From NCBI GenBank assembly GCA_951406725.2, contig OX597819.1, positions 77,748,001 through 77,812,000 on the forward strand: a DNA stretch of 64,000 nt, written 5' to 3'. Shown here in pieces: positions 1 to 14,459 of the stretch. A program made the translations under genes and the position numbers. The DNA is from Octopus vulgaris (lineage: Eukaryota). Each line of letters starts with the position of its first letter. Positions within the stretch are counted from its first letter, which is position 1. Below the pieces are notes generated by a model. The model ran no database searches. It worked only from the letters and a program-made list of their open reading frames with translations, and had not been told where the DNA came from.

Positions 1-126
1 GCTTGAATGGAAACGATACAGGTTGAAGAAAAGAAAGAGAAACAAAGAAAGACATAAGAAAGAGAGAAATAAAGGAAAAAAAGGATGAGGCAAACGAAGA
101 AAACAACGGATATATAGATAGAAATT

Positions 127-174
<48 letters not shown>

Positions 175-626
175 AAGACAACCAGACAGACAGACAGACA
201 GACAGACAGATAGATGGATAGATGGATAAATAGACAGACAGATAGATAGATTGGCAGAGAGATAGATAGATAAGTAGATAGATAAATAGATAGATAGATA
301 GATAGATATGTTTCTTTATTAGCCACACAGGGCTGCACACAGATGATAGATAGATAAATAGATAGATAGATAGATAGATAGATAGAAAGACAACCAGACA
401 GACAGACAGACAGATAGATGGATAGATAGATAGGGAAAAAGAAAGAAAGAGATAGCTTGAAAAAAAGAAAGAGATACGAAGAAAAACTAACAGAGAGAGA
501 GAGAGAGAGACAGAGGGAAAGACAGGAAAAAGTGAGGCGAACAGAAAAAAACTATCTTTATATATATATATATATAGAAATTTAGATTGATAAACAGACA
601 GACAGATAGACAGAGAGAGAGAGACC

Positions 627-683
<57 letters not shown>

Positions 684-760
684 AGATTTAGGCAGACAGA
701 TAGGCAGACAAACAGACAGACTGACAGTTAGATAGATAGATAGATAGATAGATAGACAGA
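127..760. repeat. (GATA)n/(GACA)n compound microsatellite cluster
   Basis: Tetranucleotide runs seen directly; they explain the YLSI-repeat ORFs. Confidence 0.95.
308..345 (-). mobile_element. Extreme 3' end of a LINE-like element inside (GATA)n
   Basis: Reverse complement reads catctgtgtgcagccctgtgtggctaataaagaaac, near-identical to 36724-36759. Both copies abut (TCTA)n. Confidence 0.6.
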
Positions 761-996
761 ACAAAATAACAGATACCTGTTGGACAAAGAAAAATGTAAA
801 GAGCCAAGCTGCAACCGAAATAGTTAATGGTGTGTTACATATCTGTGGCAAATATTTTACACATGTGATCAACAGCTGCGTCGAAATGTCATCAAGCTGT
901 TAACTTCCTTTTCCTTTTCGACATGACTTTGCTGTTAAAACAATATACAATGCCATCCGTTGGAAGAAGAACTTTGTTGAAGATAAAAACCAAAAA

Positions 997-1088
<92 letters not shown>

Positions 1089-1419
1089 ATATATTCCTGA
1101 CGCTGAGTGTAACTCAACACAAAAGATTGTTGTTCGAACATTATCAACAAATGCTAATACATCAGTGTTGTCTGAGTCGTTTAGTACAAAAGAAATTTAA
1201 AAAAAAGAAACATACACGTACAACAACAACAATAACAACATAAGAACGTGCACTTTTGTTGAGGTCAGCTGTTTAGCGGATATGAAGATTTTGTTTCAAA
1301 ATTAGAATGGAAAAGAAAATTTAAGACCCACTTTGGAATCTACGACATTTATATCCAGATTATTCTCTTATTTTATGTAGCTGCAAGTATTAAAGCCGTT
1401 GGTTATACTGATTAGAGAT

Positions 1420-1782
1420 TTTAGCACAAGGCCAGCAAGTTCGAGCAAGGGCGCTAGTCGACTACATCTATAGCAGTACTCAATTGGTACTTCTTTAATC
1501 GACTCTGAAGGGATGAAAGGCAAAGTCGGCCTCGGCAGAATTTGAACTCAGAACGTAAAGACTGACGAAATTCCTTATTTCATTATTGCCCACAAGGGGC
1601 TAAACATAGAGGGGACAGACAAAGAGATTAAGTCGATTACATCGGCCCCAGTGCGTAACTGGTACTTAATTTATCGACCACGAAGGGATGAAAGGCAAAG
1701 TCGACCTCAGAACATAAAGACAGACGAAATTCCGCTAAGCTTTTTGCCCGGTGCGCTACTGATTCTACCGGCTCGTCGCCTT
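1420..1782 (-). mobile_element. SINE family B, dimeric copy
   Basis: Reverse complement matches 18372-18762 (ggcgacgagc...gagttcaaattc...gactttgcctttcatcc). Confidence 0.85.
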
Positions 1783-1816
1783 AAGGCATTCGGTTTTATT
1801 AAGATATGTTTAACTA

Positions 1817-1950
1817 TAGGTGAAGACATGGCTGTGTGGTAAGAAGTTCGCGCGGCACCTTGGGCAAATGTCTTCTACTATAACCCTGGACCCACATATA
1901 CCATGTGAATGAATTTGATAGACAGGAACTAAGTGGAAATCCGTCGTGCT
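1817..1950 (+). mobile_element. SINE family A, 5' part, diverged
   Basis: ggctgtgtggtaagaag...caccttgggcaaatgtcttctactata matches 16615-17055. Confidence 0.75.
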
Positions 1951-2111
1951 CGTACACACACACACACGCACACACACACACACACACACATTTAGAGGCA
2001 ATTATGCGGACAAACAAATTAAATATATTAAATATATCAAATATTACAGTTTGGGTACGAAATACAAAGTATGTATGTATGTATACATGCAAACAAGAGA
2101 AAGTAAAAGGG

Positions 2112-2156
<45 letters not shown>

Positions 2157-2221
2157 GTGTGTTTGTGTGTGTGTGCATGTGTGTGTGTGTGTATGTGTGT
2201 TTGAGTGTGTACGTGTGTATG

Positions 2222-2267
<46 letters not shown>

Positions 2268-2346
2268 CATACATATATATATGCGTGTGTATGGTTGGCG
2301 ATTTTCTTTCTCTGTCTTCCCTTCCTTGGATCTTTCCTTTTCCTAT

Positions 2347-2381
2347 GTTTCTGACGAAGAGCTCCGCTCGAAACGTTAAAT
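2347..2381 (+). ncRNA. Minimal type I hammerhead ribozyme motif in a ~200 bp insert (2290-2485) within (TA)n
   Basis: gttt-CTGACGA-a-gagc-tcc-gctc-GAAAC-GTT-aaat: intact core, 4-bp helix II, short helix I. Confidence 0.7.
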
Positions 2382-2485
2382 CCTCCTTCTTTCTTTCCTG
2401 TCCTGAGCGTCCAATAACACTATACTTGTTTCACGTCCTCGCATTGTTGTGTTTTCTCTTTGTTCATGTTTGGATTAACTATACA

Positions 2486-2574
<89 letters not shown>

Positions 2575-2595
2575 TGTATGTATGTATGTATGCAT

Positions 2596-2785
2596 TTGTG
2601 TCTTGTTTGTCCCCATCACTGCTTGTAACCGCCAGTAACTTAACACTCCGGGAAAAGAAACGGATAGAAAAAAATACCAGACTTAAAAGTAGCAAATATC
2701 GAGGGTCCATTTTGTTCGACTAAAAACCTTTAAGACGGTACCCAGGCATAACCGCAGTCCATTGACTGAAAGAAATAAAAGCAAA
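2596..2785 (+). mobile_element. SINE family A, 3' part, diverged
   Basis: tgtttgtcccc...ccgcagtcc attgactgaaa matches the 3' half of the family. Confidence 0.7.
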
Positions 2786-3165
2786 AAGCTAACTGTTCTG
2801 AAAAACTGGGGAACGTTTTACAGCTAAATATACAGATCATCTATCAAATACGTATTCTGCAAATCCAATCTGCAATAGGAATAGGCTTTTCTGAAATTCA
2901 ACATGTCGCTGTTTATTGTTGTTGCCTAAATTCCAATAATGGATCTATGTTTGTTCTAAAGCAAGTCTTTCTTTGTGTGAAGAATTTCAAATAACTAAAT
3001 AAGAAACACATGTCTCTGTCTCTCTCTTTTACTCACGTGAGTTCTAGGTAGTGGGCAGCAGATAGTAGTAGCCCTAATATTTGATATGAATTCTTGTCTT
3101 TTGATTGTTTCAGCAGCAATAATAGTTGAGAAAGGAAGCGGAGACTGCGACGGTGAAGAAGGAAA

Positions 3166-3205
3166 AGAAGAAGAAGAAGAAGAAGAAGAAGAAGAAGAAG
3201 AAGAA

Positions 3206-3237
<32 letters not shown>

Positions 3238-3240
3238 AGA
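3166..3240. repeat. (GAA)n microsatellite
   Basis: Seen directly. Confidence 0.95.
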
Positions 3241-3439
3241 ATCATGCGGGGGTGGCATGACAGTAGTAGGATGTTGGTGGAATCATCTTAAATGGTCAAG
3301 TGACCTAAAAGTGACCCGTTGTGGTTGTAATAGTAGTGATTGGCATCGTTCTGAATAAATTCGTGGGTAGTGACTTTTCTGAATATATCGTTTTTAATAT
3401 TTGCGTGGGTATTATTCTAAGGCTCTCGTAATAGTGTCA

Positions 3440-3715
3440 TTTGTGGTGGACGCATTCAAAAGGAGTTTAAATTTTGTGATAAAATATGACTCTTTACTAA
3501 TGCGTTGACTACAGGTTGCATCGTCCCTGAATTGACCCTGTTTGGAAGAGAAAGCTGATCCTTCAATTAGATTGACGCATATACCACAGTCAGGTCTTCC
3601 GCATTTTTTTGCCGTCGGCTTCAGTGTTGTCGAGCGTATTCGGGCTTGTGTTAGGAGACTTTTCATAGATTTGGGCTGTCTTTTGCTCTTTATGATGGTG
3701 TGCGTTTGGAGGATT
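3440..3715 (-). pseudogene. Penelope-like element remnant: Cys-rich linker plus GIY-YIG C-terminus, internally deleted
   Basis: Translation IIKSKRQPKSMKSLLTQAR...KKCGRPDCGIC...RISKESYFITKFKLLLN fits the PLE linker (CxxxxCxxC) and the R..E..FI......LN end of the endonuclease. Confidence 0.65.
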
Positions 3716-3869
3716 AAATTCATTCGGTGGTCCGAATGTATGCATGTATGTATACATACATACATACGTATGAATGTATGTATGTCTGTATACATACATG
3801 CATAATACATACATACATACATACATACATACATACATACATACATACATACATACATACATACATACA

Positions 3870-3902
<33 letters not shown>

Positions 3903-4299
3903 GTATGTATACATACATACACACGTACGTACTTAGTACGTACATATATACATACATACGACCTTAATTCCGTGACAGTGACATAACTTTACTATAAAAA
4001 AATAGTTTTCAGTTTCACAAACCCAAAAGTAATTTAAACCCTCCAAATCCATTTCTGATACTCCACGCATTGCTAGTAATATTAAGTTCTTGTATGGAAC
4101 AGTACTTATACTGATTCTACATGATTTTATCTCGAAGTCAGGTGCTAGTGTGGTGCCCATGACACGCTATTGAGACTTCGAAACAGATGAGAGGAACAGA
4201 ATTATCTTCAAACCGGAGACCTGGTTCGATAGCTTCTAAAATAGTGGACTTTACTTAAGACACCGACGTACCAGATCGTGGTGTTTAACGAGCGATGGA

Positions 4300-4757
4300 T
4301 GAAATCTGAGAGTCTGAAATCAGATAGCAAAGAGCCGGAACAAACAACGTAAGGTATTTTGTCTGACGTTCTAACGAATCTACCAGTCTGCCACCTTAGA
4401 CCGGTACTTTATTTCATCGACCCTGGAAGGAAGAAACGATGATAAAGCTGATCTCGGTGGGATTTGAACTCAGAGTATAGAGAGCCAGTGTTTCTTCCGG
4501 CTCTGTATGTTCTGAGTTCACATCCCGCCGAAGTCAACTTTGGCTTTCATCGCTCCGTGTTAACACGGAAGACCAAATCTCGCTCAAATCGCATGCTGAC
4601 GTCTCAGTAAAGAAAAGAGACGTTGGATGATGCAGTCCTTCATATATTATTCTTTCAAAAACAAATGAATGGTCACAGGTGTGCACTTGACCCATAGTTC
4701 TCCTGGATCAAGGTTGATATGAGAGTCAATACCACCACCACCACCACCACCACCACC

Positions 4758-4819
<62 letters not shown>

Positions 4820-5035
4820 AAATAACTGTTTTTAATTTAGGCACAAACCCATCAGTTTAGAGGGGGCTAGTCAATAATCTTGACCTCTGTACTTAAATGA
4901 TAGTATGTTTTATAGACCCCGAAGAAAGTGAACGGCAAAGTTGACCTCTACGGGATTTGAGTCTTGAACATGAAATGTAGGAAGAAATATCGCAATGCAT
5001 TTTTTCCGACGCTCAAACGACTCTGCCGATCTAAC
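4300..5035. mobile_element. Cluster of diverged SINE family B fragments in both orientations
   Basis: ggtacttttatttcatcgaccc, gatttgaactcag, gttctgagttcacatcccgccgaagtcaactttggctttcat and aaagttgacctc motifs. Confidence 0.65.
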
Positions 5036-5445
5036 AGAAATAGTGTATAGCATGATGTGCCGAAAGTGATATTGTTAGCGCTGTTAGGTGTTGTTGTTGT
5101 TCTTCTTCTCATTACGGCTGCTGTTGTTGTATAGTCCTGGGTTAGTCTTGATCGAAGAAACCTACGAGACACGGCTTTCTATTTGTGACCATCATGATTT
5201 ATGCTTAATGTTTCTTGGACTACATAGTCTTGTGTTCACCTCCTGCTTTAAAACAGCAAGGGGTGATTTGGAAGAGATTTGGTTGCTAGTTCTAGCAGGT
5301 CGAGCGATTATTGTAGGCTCTCATGGTTAGCTGAGTTGTTGTTTATGTGATGCATTTGTCGGTGACACACGCTAACCCATTCACTTTCGAACATTTCAAT
5401 AAGTTACACAACAACCTCCATTCTCCTTCACCACTATTCTCTTGC

Positions 5446-5446
<1 letters not shown>

Positions 5447-5476
<30 letters not shown>

Positions 5477-5548
5477 CTTCTTCTTCTTCTTCTTCTTCTT
5501 CTTCTTCTTCTTCTTCTTCTTCTTCTTCTTCTTCTTCTTCTTCTTCTT
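5447..5548. repeat. (TTC)n microsatellite
   Basis: Seen directly. Confidence 0.95.
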
Positions 5549-5869
5549 TGTTCCTCTCCCCCCTTTCCTCATTCTTCAGCAAACTTGATTGATATCAAGT
5601 GAAAAAGAAACCTCATCATGTTTTTATTACTTACAGAAGAGAAAAAAGAAAGTGAGAGGAAGAGACCGAGAGATATAAAGAAAAGTTTACTCAGTAGAAA
5701 CTCTGATCAGATGATTTACACAATTTAGTTTCCTGCCTCATAGTTATGAGTTCAAATTCCATTGGGTTTGACTTCGTTTGTCTTTCCTCCTTCCTGAAGT
5801 TGATAATATAGGTGTCGGTAATATATTGTGATAAATTCAATCAACAATACAGCTTATCTTCTGCAATAT

Positions 5870-5919
<50 letters not shown>

Positions 5920-7469
5920 TTCCAGTGTCTACACATCAATTTCATCGACTATATTTGTCTAAAGTACAACATCTGTATTTGGCTGTGACTGCTCGCCGCT
6001 AAAGAGATTTTTGTAAATGTGTAAATGTATCTTTCCAGGAAGAAGAAAGAGCAAAGTAATGCAGAATTTGTCAATTTGCAGATAGTTTCAATAACCGAAA
6101 GACAGTAAAACAAAAGTCGTTCTCTTCTGCAAAAATTTCCAACATAGGTCCTGTATTTTCCTTCGGGATTTGATTGATTGCAAGAGCGATCTTTATAGAT
6201 TCTATCTCAATATATTGAATTTAGCTTGTGCGCTCTAAACAATTGGTATTCATGGTCGGGCGATGAAGCATCTCAACAATTAAGATATCAACAAAATTAA
6301 TTGCACTAAAAGAAAAGGAAAAAAAAAAATAACAACAGTTACATATAATAATACGCACACATATACACGCACACAAAACAATGAAGAAAAAATGGCGCAA
6401 TAGTAAATCGCCATGCAATTAATCAAAATGGCGATCGGTGGAGAAAGTTGAATAAGAGGGAAATAAACAGAAATCAGAATAAAAGATAAAAAGTGTTATG
6501 AAATAAAAAGAAAGAATTCTTAATGTAGTGTGGATTCAAGGAGGAGTATATTGGTCAAAAACTCTCTTTCTTGGCCATTGCAAATAAAAACGACGGGAAC
6601 AAATTGAAAAAAAGGCAAGTTTATAGGAGTTTGTAGAGGAAATGAAAGCATCTCTCCTCTGTTTGTAAATGCTCAGGAAGATCTTTGAAACAAACAATAC
6701 AATTGCTGTCTCTTTACTGTAGTTAGTCAGTCAGTATCAATAAAAAGATACATAAATTAAAAACTAAACAGATGAGAACCAAGAAAACGATTACGTCTTC
6801 ATTTATGGTTTTGCTTCCGATGAACAGCGCCTCTCGATTTATTAATTTGTCGGTTGTTTATAACAGAAGTTCCAGGAAATTTAAGCACGAAAGCATTACT
6901 TTGTAACGAGTAAGAAAAAATGTTGCGTAAGACAAAAAAGTCTTCATAGCTTTTAAAAATGTTATAACATTTTGGTTAAACGAAATCCATTCCAAAAAGT
7001 TTTATCTGTTCATTTATTTATATATTCATTCATTTTATTTCATGTAGACTCTTTTTTTTCAATAAATCTTTGTTTTTTTTTTTTTTCTTCTCAAGAAAAT
7101 GTTCACAAACGTTACAGTAATATTACTGTATTGCATTTAAAACAAACAGGCATGAATTACCAACCCGAACATAATTTTTCTCATATCTTATTTTTAAAGA
7201 CCCATTTGACGAGACGTTTCTTAAACAATTGCTAGCTGGCTACGTTAATTTCCAATCGATGTGGAGTTAAATAGATCAAAGTACTTAAGACTAAGGACGT
7301 AACCTAACCATTCACCAACAGTATTACGAGAATCAGAAAATCTCCAGAATGAACACTATGATTCCATTAAAAAGTTTTACACTCTCATGGTCACGGTTTG
7401 TGTCAATTTATTGCAGGACAATAATAATTAAAGCACCAATATAGCGTGGGTTAAAAATGTACGCACAAA

Positions 7470-7527
7470 CATCTATCTGTCTGCCTGTCTGCTTGTTTGT
7501 CTGTCCGTTAATATGAATACCTGATTT

Positions 7528-7614
<87 letters not shown>

Positions 7615-7639
7615 GTCAGTCTGTCTGTCCATCCGTTCG

Positions 7640-7707
<68 letters not shown>

Positions 7708-7709
7708 AC

Positions 7710-7800
<91 letters not shown>

Positions 7801-7858
7801 ATATCTATCTTTTTATCTACTTATCTGTATGTCTGTTTGTCTGCCTGTCTATCTATCC

Positions 7859-7945
<87 letters not shown>
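7470..7945. repeat. (TCTA)n/(TCTG)n microsatellite
   Basis: Seen directly. Confidence 0.95.
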
Positions 7946-8330
7946 ACTAAGTTGCTGCTCAGCATGTAAGGAATAGTGGTCAAATCCCTCTAAAATTACA
8001 CACTTCCTTTTTGAGAATAAAAAGCACTTTCGATAACATTATGTTGGGTGCAGTGTGCTTAATAAAACGTCGGGATGGTCATGACTGAACACTGAACATT
8101 TCCCTGCTCATTCAGGGCTGACGTGATGCTAGGCAACAACGTTCACGTTACCAGCCACTGCTAATACAAACACACTACCGCCGCCGCCGCCGTCACCACC
8201 ACCACTACTACCTTATTTACCATTAGCAATTTTTTAATAGAAACTTCTTCAGTTCAAGAAAGATTTTTTGAGTGTATGTGAGTGTGCGTGCGCAAGCGGA
8301 TGTGCGTGGGTGCAAATATATATATAGAGC

Positions 8331-8692
8331 AAAATATAATATACGAAAAACTTTATTATTCACAACGATCGTTTCGACCTCTTGCGTCGATCCCTCGCGT
8401 GTAAAATACTGTACACCTGGTCGTGGCGCATCCCTCTCTGCAAACACATCTCTTAAGGTGATGCTATAAGGGGAATCTCGTTAAATAAACTCCATTTCCC
8501 TCCGTTTTAATACAGCATTGCGTTAGTGACAGTATGTTTAAGCCTAACGGGTTGCAAAATCCCCTGAAGAGATGGGTATGCACCGAGAGATGTACCACAG
8601 CCAATTGTAGAGTATCCGACCCGCGAGGGAGCGATGCAGGACGGGCGAAAACGATCGTTGTGAGCAATAAAGTTTCTCGTATATTCTATTTT
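8331..8692. mobile_element. Head-to-head inverted pair of hammerhead-bearing, PLE pseudo-LTR-like arms
   Basis: 8331-8462 is a diverged reverse complement of 8559-8692. Arm consensus is tcac-CTGAAGA-gat...gtc-GAAAC-GATC-GTT-gtga. Confidence 0.65.
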
Positions 8693-8893
8693 CCGTCTGA
8701 ATCTTTTGTTACATACTCAATGTATACTGAGAAATTCCTGCGATAGATCTCCAGCGACAATTGTATAATTACCGTGGAGGACGTCAGGTAGCCATAGGCA
8801 GTGAATGTGCTTCATCGGCTAACTAATAGAAACATACTCAACACTGAAATATTTACTTCAGATCAGGTCACTTGCTATGCAAGTACATCTCCG

Positions 8894-8936
<43 letters not shown>

Positions 8937-9079
8937 ATAATAAAAGGTTAGAATTAATTAATTAATCAATCAATTAATCAATTAATAATTTTACCAAGTA
9001 GATCGGTATGTTAAAATAACCTTTATAGGTAAAATTATACACATATTCTATAATTATAAACATCATTATATTAGGTGTT

Positions 9080-9240
9080 AGCTAATTGCTTCACCACACA
9101 CCGAATTTAGAAATAGGAGTTAAAAATTCCTTTTCTACTACCATAAGAATCTGTCAGACAGTAACAACACTTCTTATGGTAGTAGAAAAGGAATTCTTAA
9201 TTCCTATTTCTAAATTCGGTATGTGGTGAAGCAATGAGCT
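9080..9240. repeat. Inverted repeat with 70-bp arms (66/70) and a 21-nt spacer
   Basis: 9080-9149 is the reverse complement of 9171-9240; (TA)n tracts lie on both sides. Confidence 0.9.
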
Positions 9241-9502
9241 GACCATTAATTATAATTATAATCACATATATGTATAAATATATATATATACGTAAATGTC
9301 GAACAGTGAAAAAGAGTGCTCAACACCGCATCAGTGGATATAATTTTTTATTTGTGAATTTAGGCTTCAATTGGCTTCATGGCAAGTAAAATAGGAAAAT
9401 ATCCTAGTGTCTTAACAATTTTCTACTTTTCTTAATATGAAACCAATGGTAGCCTTCATTCACAAATAAAGAAATTATATGTGTGTGTATGTGTGTAATA
9501 TA

Positions 9503-9579
<77 letters not shown>

Positions 9580-10500
9580 GTTTGTGTGTGTATGTGTGTG
9601 TGTGTTTTTGCATACATACACGCACGCGCACACTCACATTAGTGCGTATGCATGTGAATATATGCGTGGTATATACATATGTATTTCTACGTACTTTCAT
9701 GTATGTGTGTATATATGTGTGTTAGGATGTATAACTGCATAGTTTTAGTGTTAGTGCGCGCATGATCGTGCGCGTGCGTTTGTGCACGCTGCAGAATAAC
9801 TCTCAATTAATTCGTAGGATTTGATTTTCTAATGACAGTTTAAAATAAGCATCCAGAGGAAAATCAGTCACAAAACTTATTTATTGGAGACAACTACGAT
9901 AATAAATAACATCAATATCAACAACAACAACAACAACAACAACAACAACGCTGACAGCAATAACAAAAAGAAGGAAAAGAAATGAAATTAAGAAATAAAA
10001 TAAGAATAAAAAGTCAAGGGAAAGAGAAATGAACTAGCGAATAAACAATAACAGTAATAATAATAACAATAGTTACATGAACAACAATTAGGTAAATAAA
10101 TGAATTTTTTTTCTAAAAAAAGAACAAAACAAAACAAAACAGAAGGACGAGACATAAAAACAAAAATAAAAGGCAAAACAGAATGCGAAAAAAAAAGATA
10201 GAAAAAAAAAGAACAACAACAATTAAATGAATTAATGAATGACGATAATATAGAATAAATAAAATAGAAATATAGTGAAGTTAAATGGCAAAAAGACAGA
10301 GAAAAGCAAAGATAAATGTAAAGAAAAATTTAAAAAAAAAAATAATAATAGCAATAATAAAATTCAAAATAAAATTGACGACCATCAGTGGAAATGTTGC
10401 AACACGGCGAAATCCATTAAACACAAATGGATGATCGAAAAGAAATATTACATACATACATACATATATACATACATACATACATTCATACATACATATA

Positions 10501-10593
<93 letters not shown>

Positions 10594-10612
10594 AAGCATA
10601 TATATATATGAG

Positions 10613-10681
<69 letters not shown>

Positions 10682-10691
10682 GCACACACAA

Positions 10692-10725
<34 letters not shown>

Positions 10726-10998
10726 GTATTTACGTATGTATATTTAATGTGAAGACTTCAGTTTCAAGTGTTCTGTTCATTTCGGTCAACTTTAATATTG
10801 ACAATTTTTCTTCTAAATATAACAAAACATATATTTTTGTTAAAACGAAAAACTAAAACAAAATTGAAAAAAAGGGAAAAAAAGGGGAAAAAAAGACAGC
10901 ACTAAAAAAAAGGCAAAAATGATACAAAAACACGCACAAAAGATAAACGATTAAAACAGTCAAAAGAAAAGAAATCGTAACCGAAATAAAAAAAGAAA

Positions 10999-11029
<31 letters not shown>

Positions 11030-11302
11030 AGAAAGAAAGAAAGAAAGAAAGACAAGAAGCTATGAAGGTATTTTTACGGATCAATTATGGTTTACTTCTG
11101 TGTCACTCGGAAACATTTTCTACTGGCCTTCTATGTCGATAATATTAACGAATTAAAATTTTCGTGTGTGTGTGAGTGAGAGAGAGAGAGAGAGAGAGTG
11201 CATGCGTGAGTGTGTTTGTGCGTGGGTGTGCTTCATTAATGTATAAGTATGTGCGTGTACTGATATATATTAATTATATATATATATTGTGTGTACTCGT
11301 GT

Positions 11303-11659
<357 letters not shown>

Positions 11660-12269
11660 AATGTTGCATATTCACTTTAATTGAATTATTTATCAACTAT
11701 TTCTGTTATTTATTTAGAATAGATTGCACCTTGACCACGTCACTAGAAGTTCTGTCTTCGTGAGTGGGTTTTGTGTGTGTATGTGCGTGTGCGCACAAAC
11801 ATGAATGAGTAAACAAACGAAATAAAGCTACAACCAACATACCAGGGTACGGTTACATGAATTTAATATCAGTCTGACTCACCTGAACATAACTTGAAGT
11901 TTCTTGGATTTAGAATTCGTCTTTCTCATCACAGTGGAATCAGGGTGGAGAGAATTTTTAAAAATTGTAAATGGTTTATAGCTATTTAGGCCTCCACCGA
12001 TCATTTCAGTTCACGTGGGTGTTTTTGCTACTGACGTCACCTATTTTATTGTTAAGACCACGTGATGCGGTCAGGAGGCTAGCCTCGCTTTGTCGAGATT
12101 CTGCGATGATATATTCGTTCTTTACATTGGATACTGCACAAATGGGGTAGACCAGATATTGGCATCTGCCTTTCAATTAGTGACCCTTCTGTAGAGTCTG
12201 GCACTTTTCCCCAATTCTAAATGTAGGCTAATCAACTAAGTGTAAGATAAGTATTGTAAATAAGAGTAT

Positions 12270-12750
12270 TTTCAGTGTCATCAAAACGTCGCAATAGAAC
12301 ACTCGATTGACGGTCTGGCCCTGGGAGACGAATTCTCTATGCACAATACCGCGGATGTCGAAAAAAAAAAACGATGAGCATGCTCTTGATTGAGCTGCGG
12401 CTCATTTGAAGTGCTCATGCCACTCGACACATTGCGTACGACCCATTGCCTCGTAGCCGTAAGCCTGTCGGGTCATCTTCAATGTTTCTCTAGTAGATTT
12501 CCCAAATTTAACACAAAATTTCACGTTGGCTCTTCCCGTTCATGCTTCCCGTTCATGACAGAAATCACAGACTACAGCATACACGTAATCTCAAATAACA
12601 CAAATTTCACAAGTCAAGAAGTAAACACGGCGTTGTCACTCGACACACTGCCTCATGAAGGTGACTGCAAGCTCTCACTGCGCACGCAGCCGTGTGCTAC
12701 CATCTGTTGGCACACTACAAAATTACTCTGTGAACTTTTTAATGCCACAT
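12270..12750 (-). mobile_element. Mariner transposon, internally deleted remnant
   Basis: Minus-strand translation RANVKFCVKFGKSTRETLKMTRQAYGYEAMGRTQCVEWH is joined to SIKSMLIVFF/DIRGIVHREFVSQGQTVNRVFYCDVL. A TIR-like end lies near 12720-12750. Confidence 0.8.
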
Positions 12751-13164
12751 ATATAGAAGACAAGAAATGTAGGAAGAAGTAAACTGACAGGAAAGGAATA
12801 TAATGCTAGTTTACTTACATTGTTTTGAATTAATAATGCATTATCTCGCAGCTTCACGATTTCGAAGATTTGATTCTTTATTTTTAGAATGATATTGTAG
12901 AGTACGCGTGAGAAGACAGGTCTAGCACGTTTGAATATACAAAGGTAGAAAAATTGATGCGGTGGAAATGGGAGAAAAGTGAGGAAAAGAAGGCCAAGAA
13001 AAAACAATAAGCGATGATAAAAGACAGCAAGCAGGGTGATAGGCAAAAGGATAAAAACAGAACATAACAGGCACAGTCAAGGTTACAGGTATGGGGAAGA
13101 AAGGCCGTTGGAAGTAAATAGTGAACTGTAAAAAGTATCAAGAATTTATTTTCTTCTTTAATTC

Positions 13165-13492
13165 TTATATTTGTTTCAGTCATTTGACTGCGGCCATGCC
13201 GGAGCACCGCCTTTAGTCGAACAAATCAATTCCAGGACTTATTCTTTGTGTAAGCCTAGTACTTATTCTATCGGTCTCTTTTGCCGAACCGCTAAGTTAC
13301 GAGAACGTAAATACACCAACATCAGTTGTAAAGCGATGGTGGGTGACAAACACAGACACACAAACATACACACAGACACACACTCATACACACACGCACA
13401 TACCCACATATATATACATAACATCTATGACAGACTTCTTTCAATTTCCGTCTACCAAATCCACTCACAAGGCTTTGGTCGGCCCGAAGCAG
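13165..13492 (-). mobile_element. SINE family A, 5'-truncated
   Basis: tgtttcagtcatttgactgcggccatg...ctaccaaatccactcacaaggctttggtcggccc. Confidence 0.9.
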
Positions 13493-14382
13493 CTGAAAAT
13501 ACGCATGAAATGTCTCTCTCTCTCTCTCCCCCTCCCCCCTCTCTCTCTATATATATAACTATCTGTATGTGTGCGTTTGTGCGTATGTGTGGCTTTTGAT
13601 AACATGTATGTATTGCTTAGAACGCCATGTCTTCTGAGTTATATTTCAACAGAATCATATTCATTCTGTAATTCCAATCTCTTATTATGAATGCTGAGTA
13701 AAAATATAAAACAAGTGTAGAGACAAATTTTTACGTTTATCCAATACATCTTACACGTGTTTTATTAACAATATCAGTTATTTAAAGAAAAGCCTTGTAA
13801 ACTGATTACATCATCAAATCTTTAGAGATTGCATAACAAAAATAAATAAACTTTATGTTATAAGATAGACATAAACAAACATTGCTTTAGTTATTTTTCT
13901 TGATGCAACAGTACTATCCATTATATATAGCATGATGGTTATTTACGTTTATTATGCAGTCTCTAAAGATGTGTAAGATGTTAAAATGTTTTGAATAAAA
14001 GTAAGAATTATCTCCACTTTTTTCCTGCATACATGTATACATAGATGTAGATATGCATACATACGTATGCATACATATATATTTACATATATGAAGAATT
14101 TATGTGGCTATTACAGATGACAAAAAGTGGACAATATACGATAGACATGTTTAATAACATCATAAGTTACACACTTCTTCCCATACCGAATTTAAAATAA
14201 ATTAAATTAAAAGGAATTTCGATAAGCTGGCGCTCGTCATACAACTCATGGTTTAGCAACTAAAGGTGCCAAAAATGCGAATAAAAATCCAAAACGTAAA
14301 GAGTAGAACAGGTGATGTACGGACGATAGTTGTTTCATAGCATGTCTCTCTTTCCCCCTGTCTCCCCCTTTCTTTCTTTCTT

Positions 14383-14423
<41 letters not shown>

Positions 14424-14459
14424 GATATAAATAATATATATATGTAAAATAAATATATA

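Noticed and set aside
12696-12714. CTCF-like motif (reverse complement gtgccaacagatggtagc)
   Set aside because: Lies within the mariner subterminal region; a weaker match explained by the transposon.
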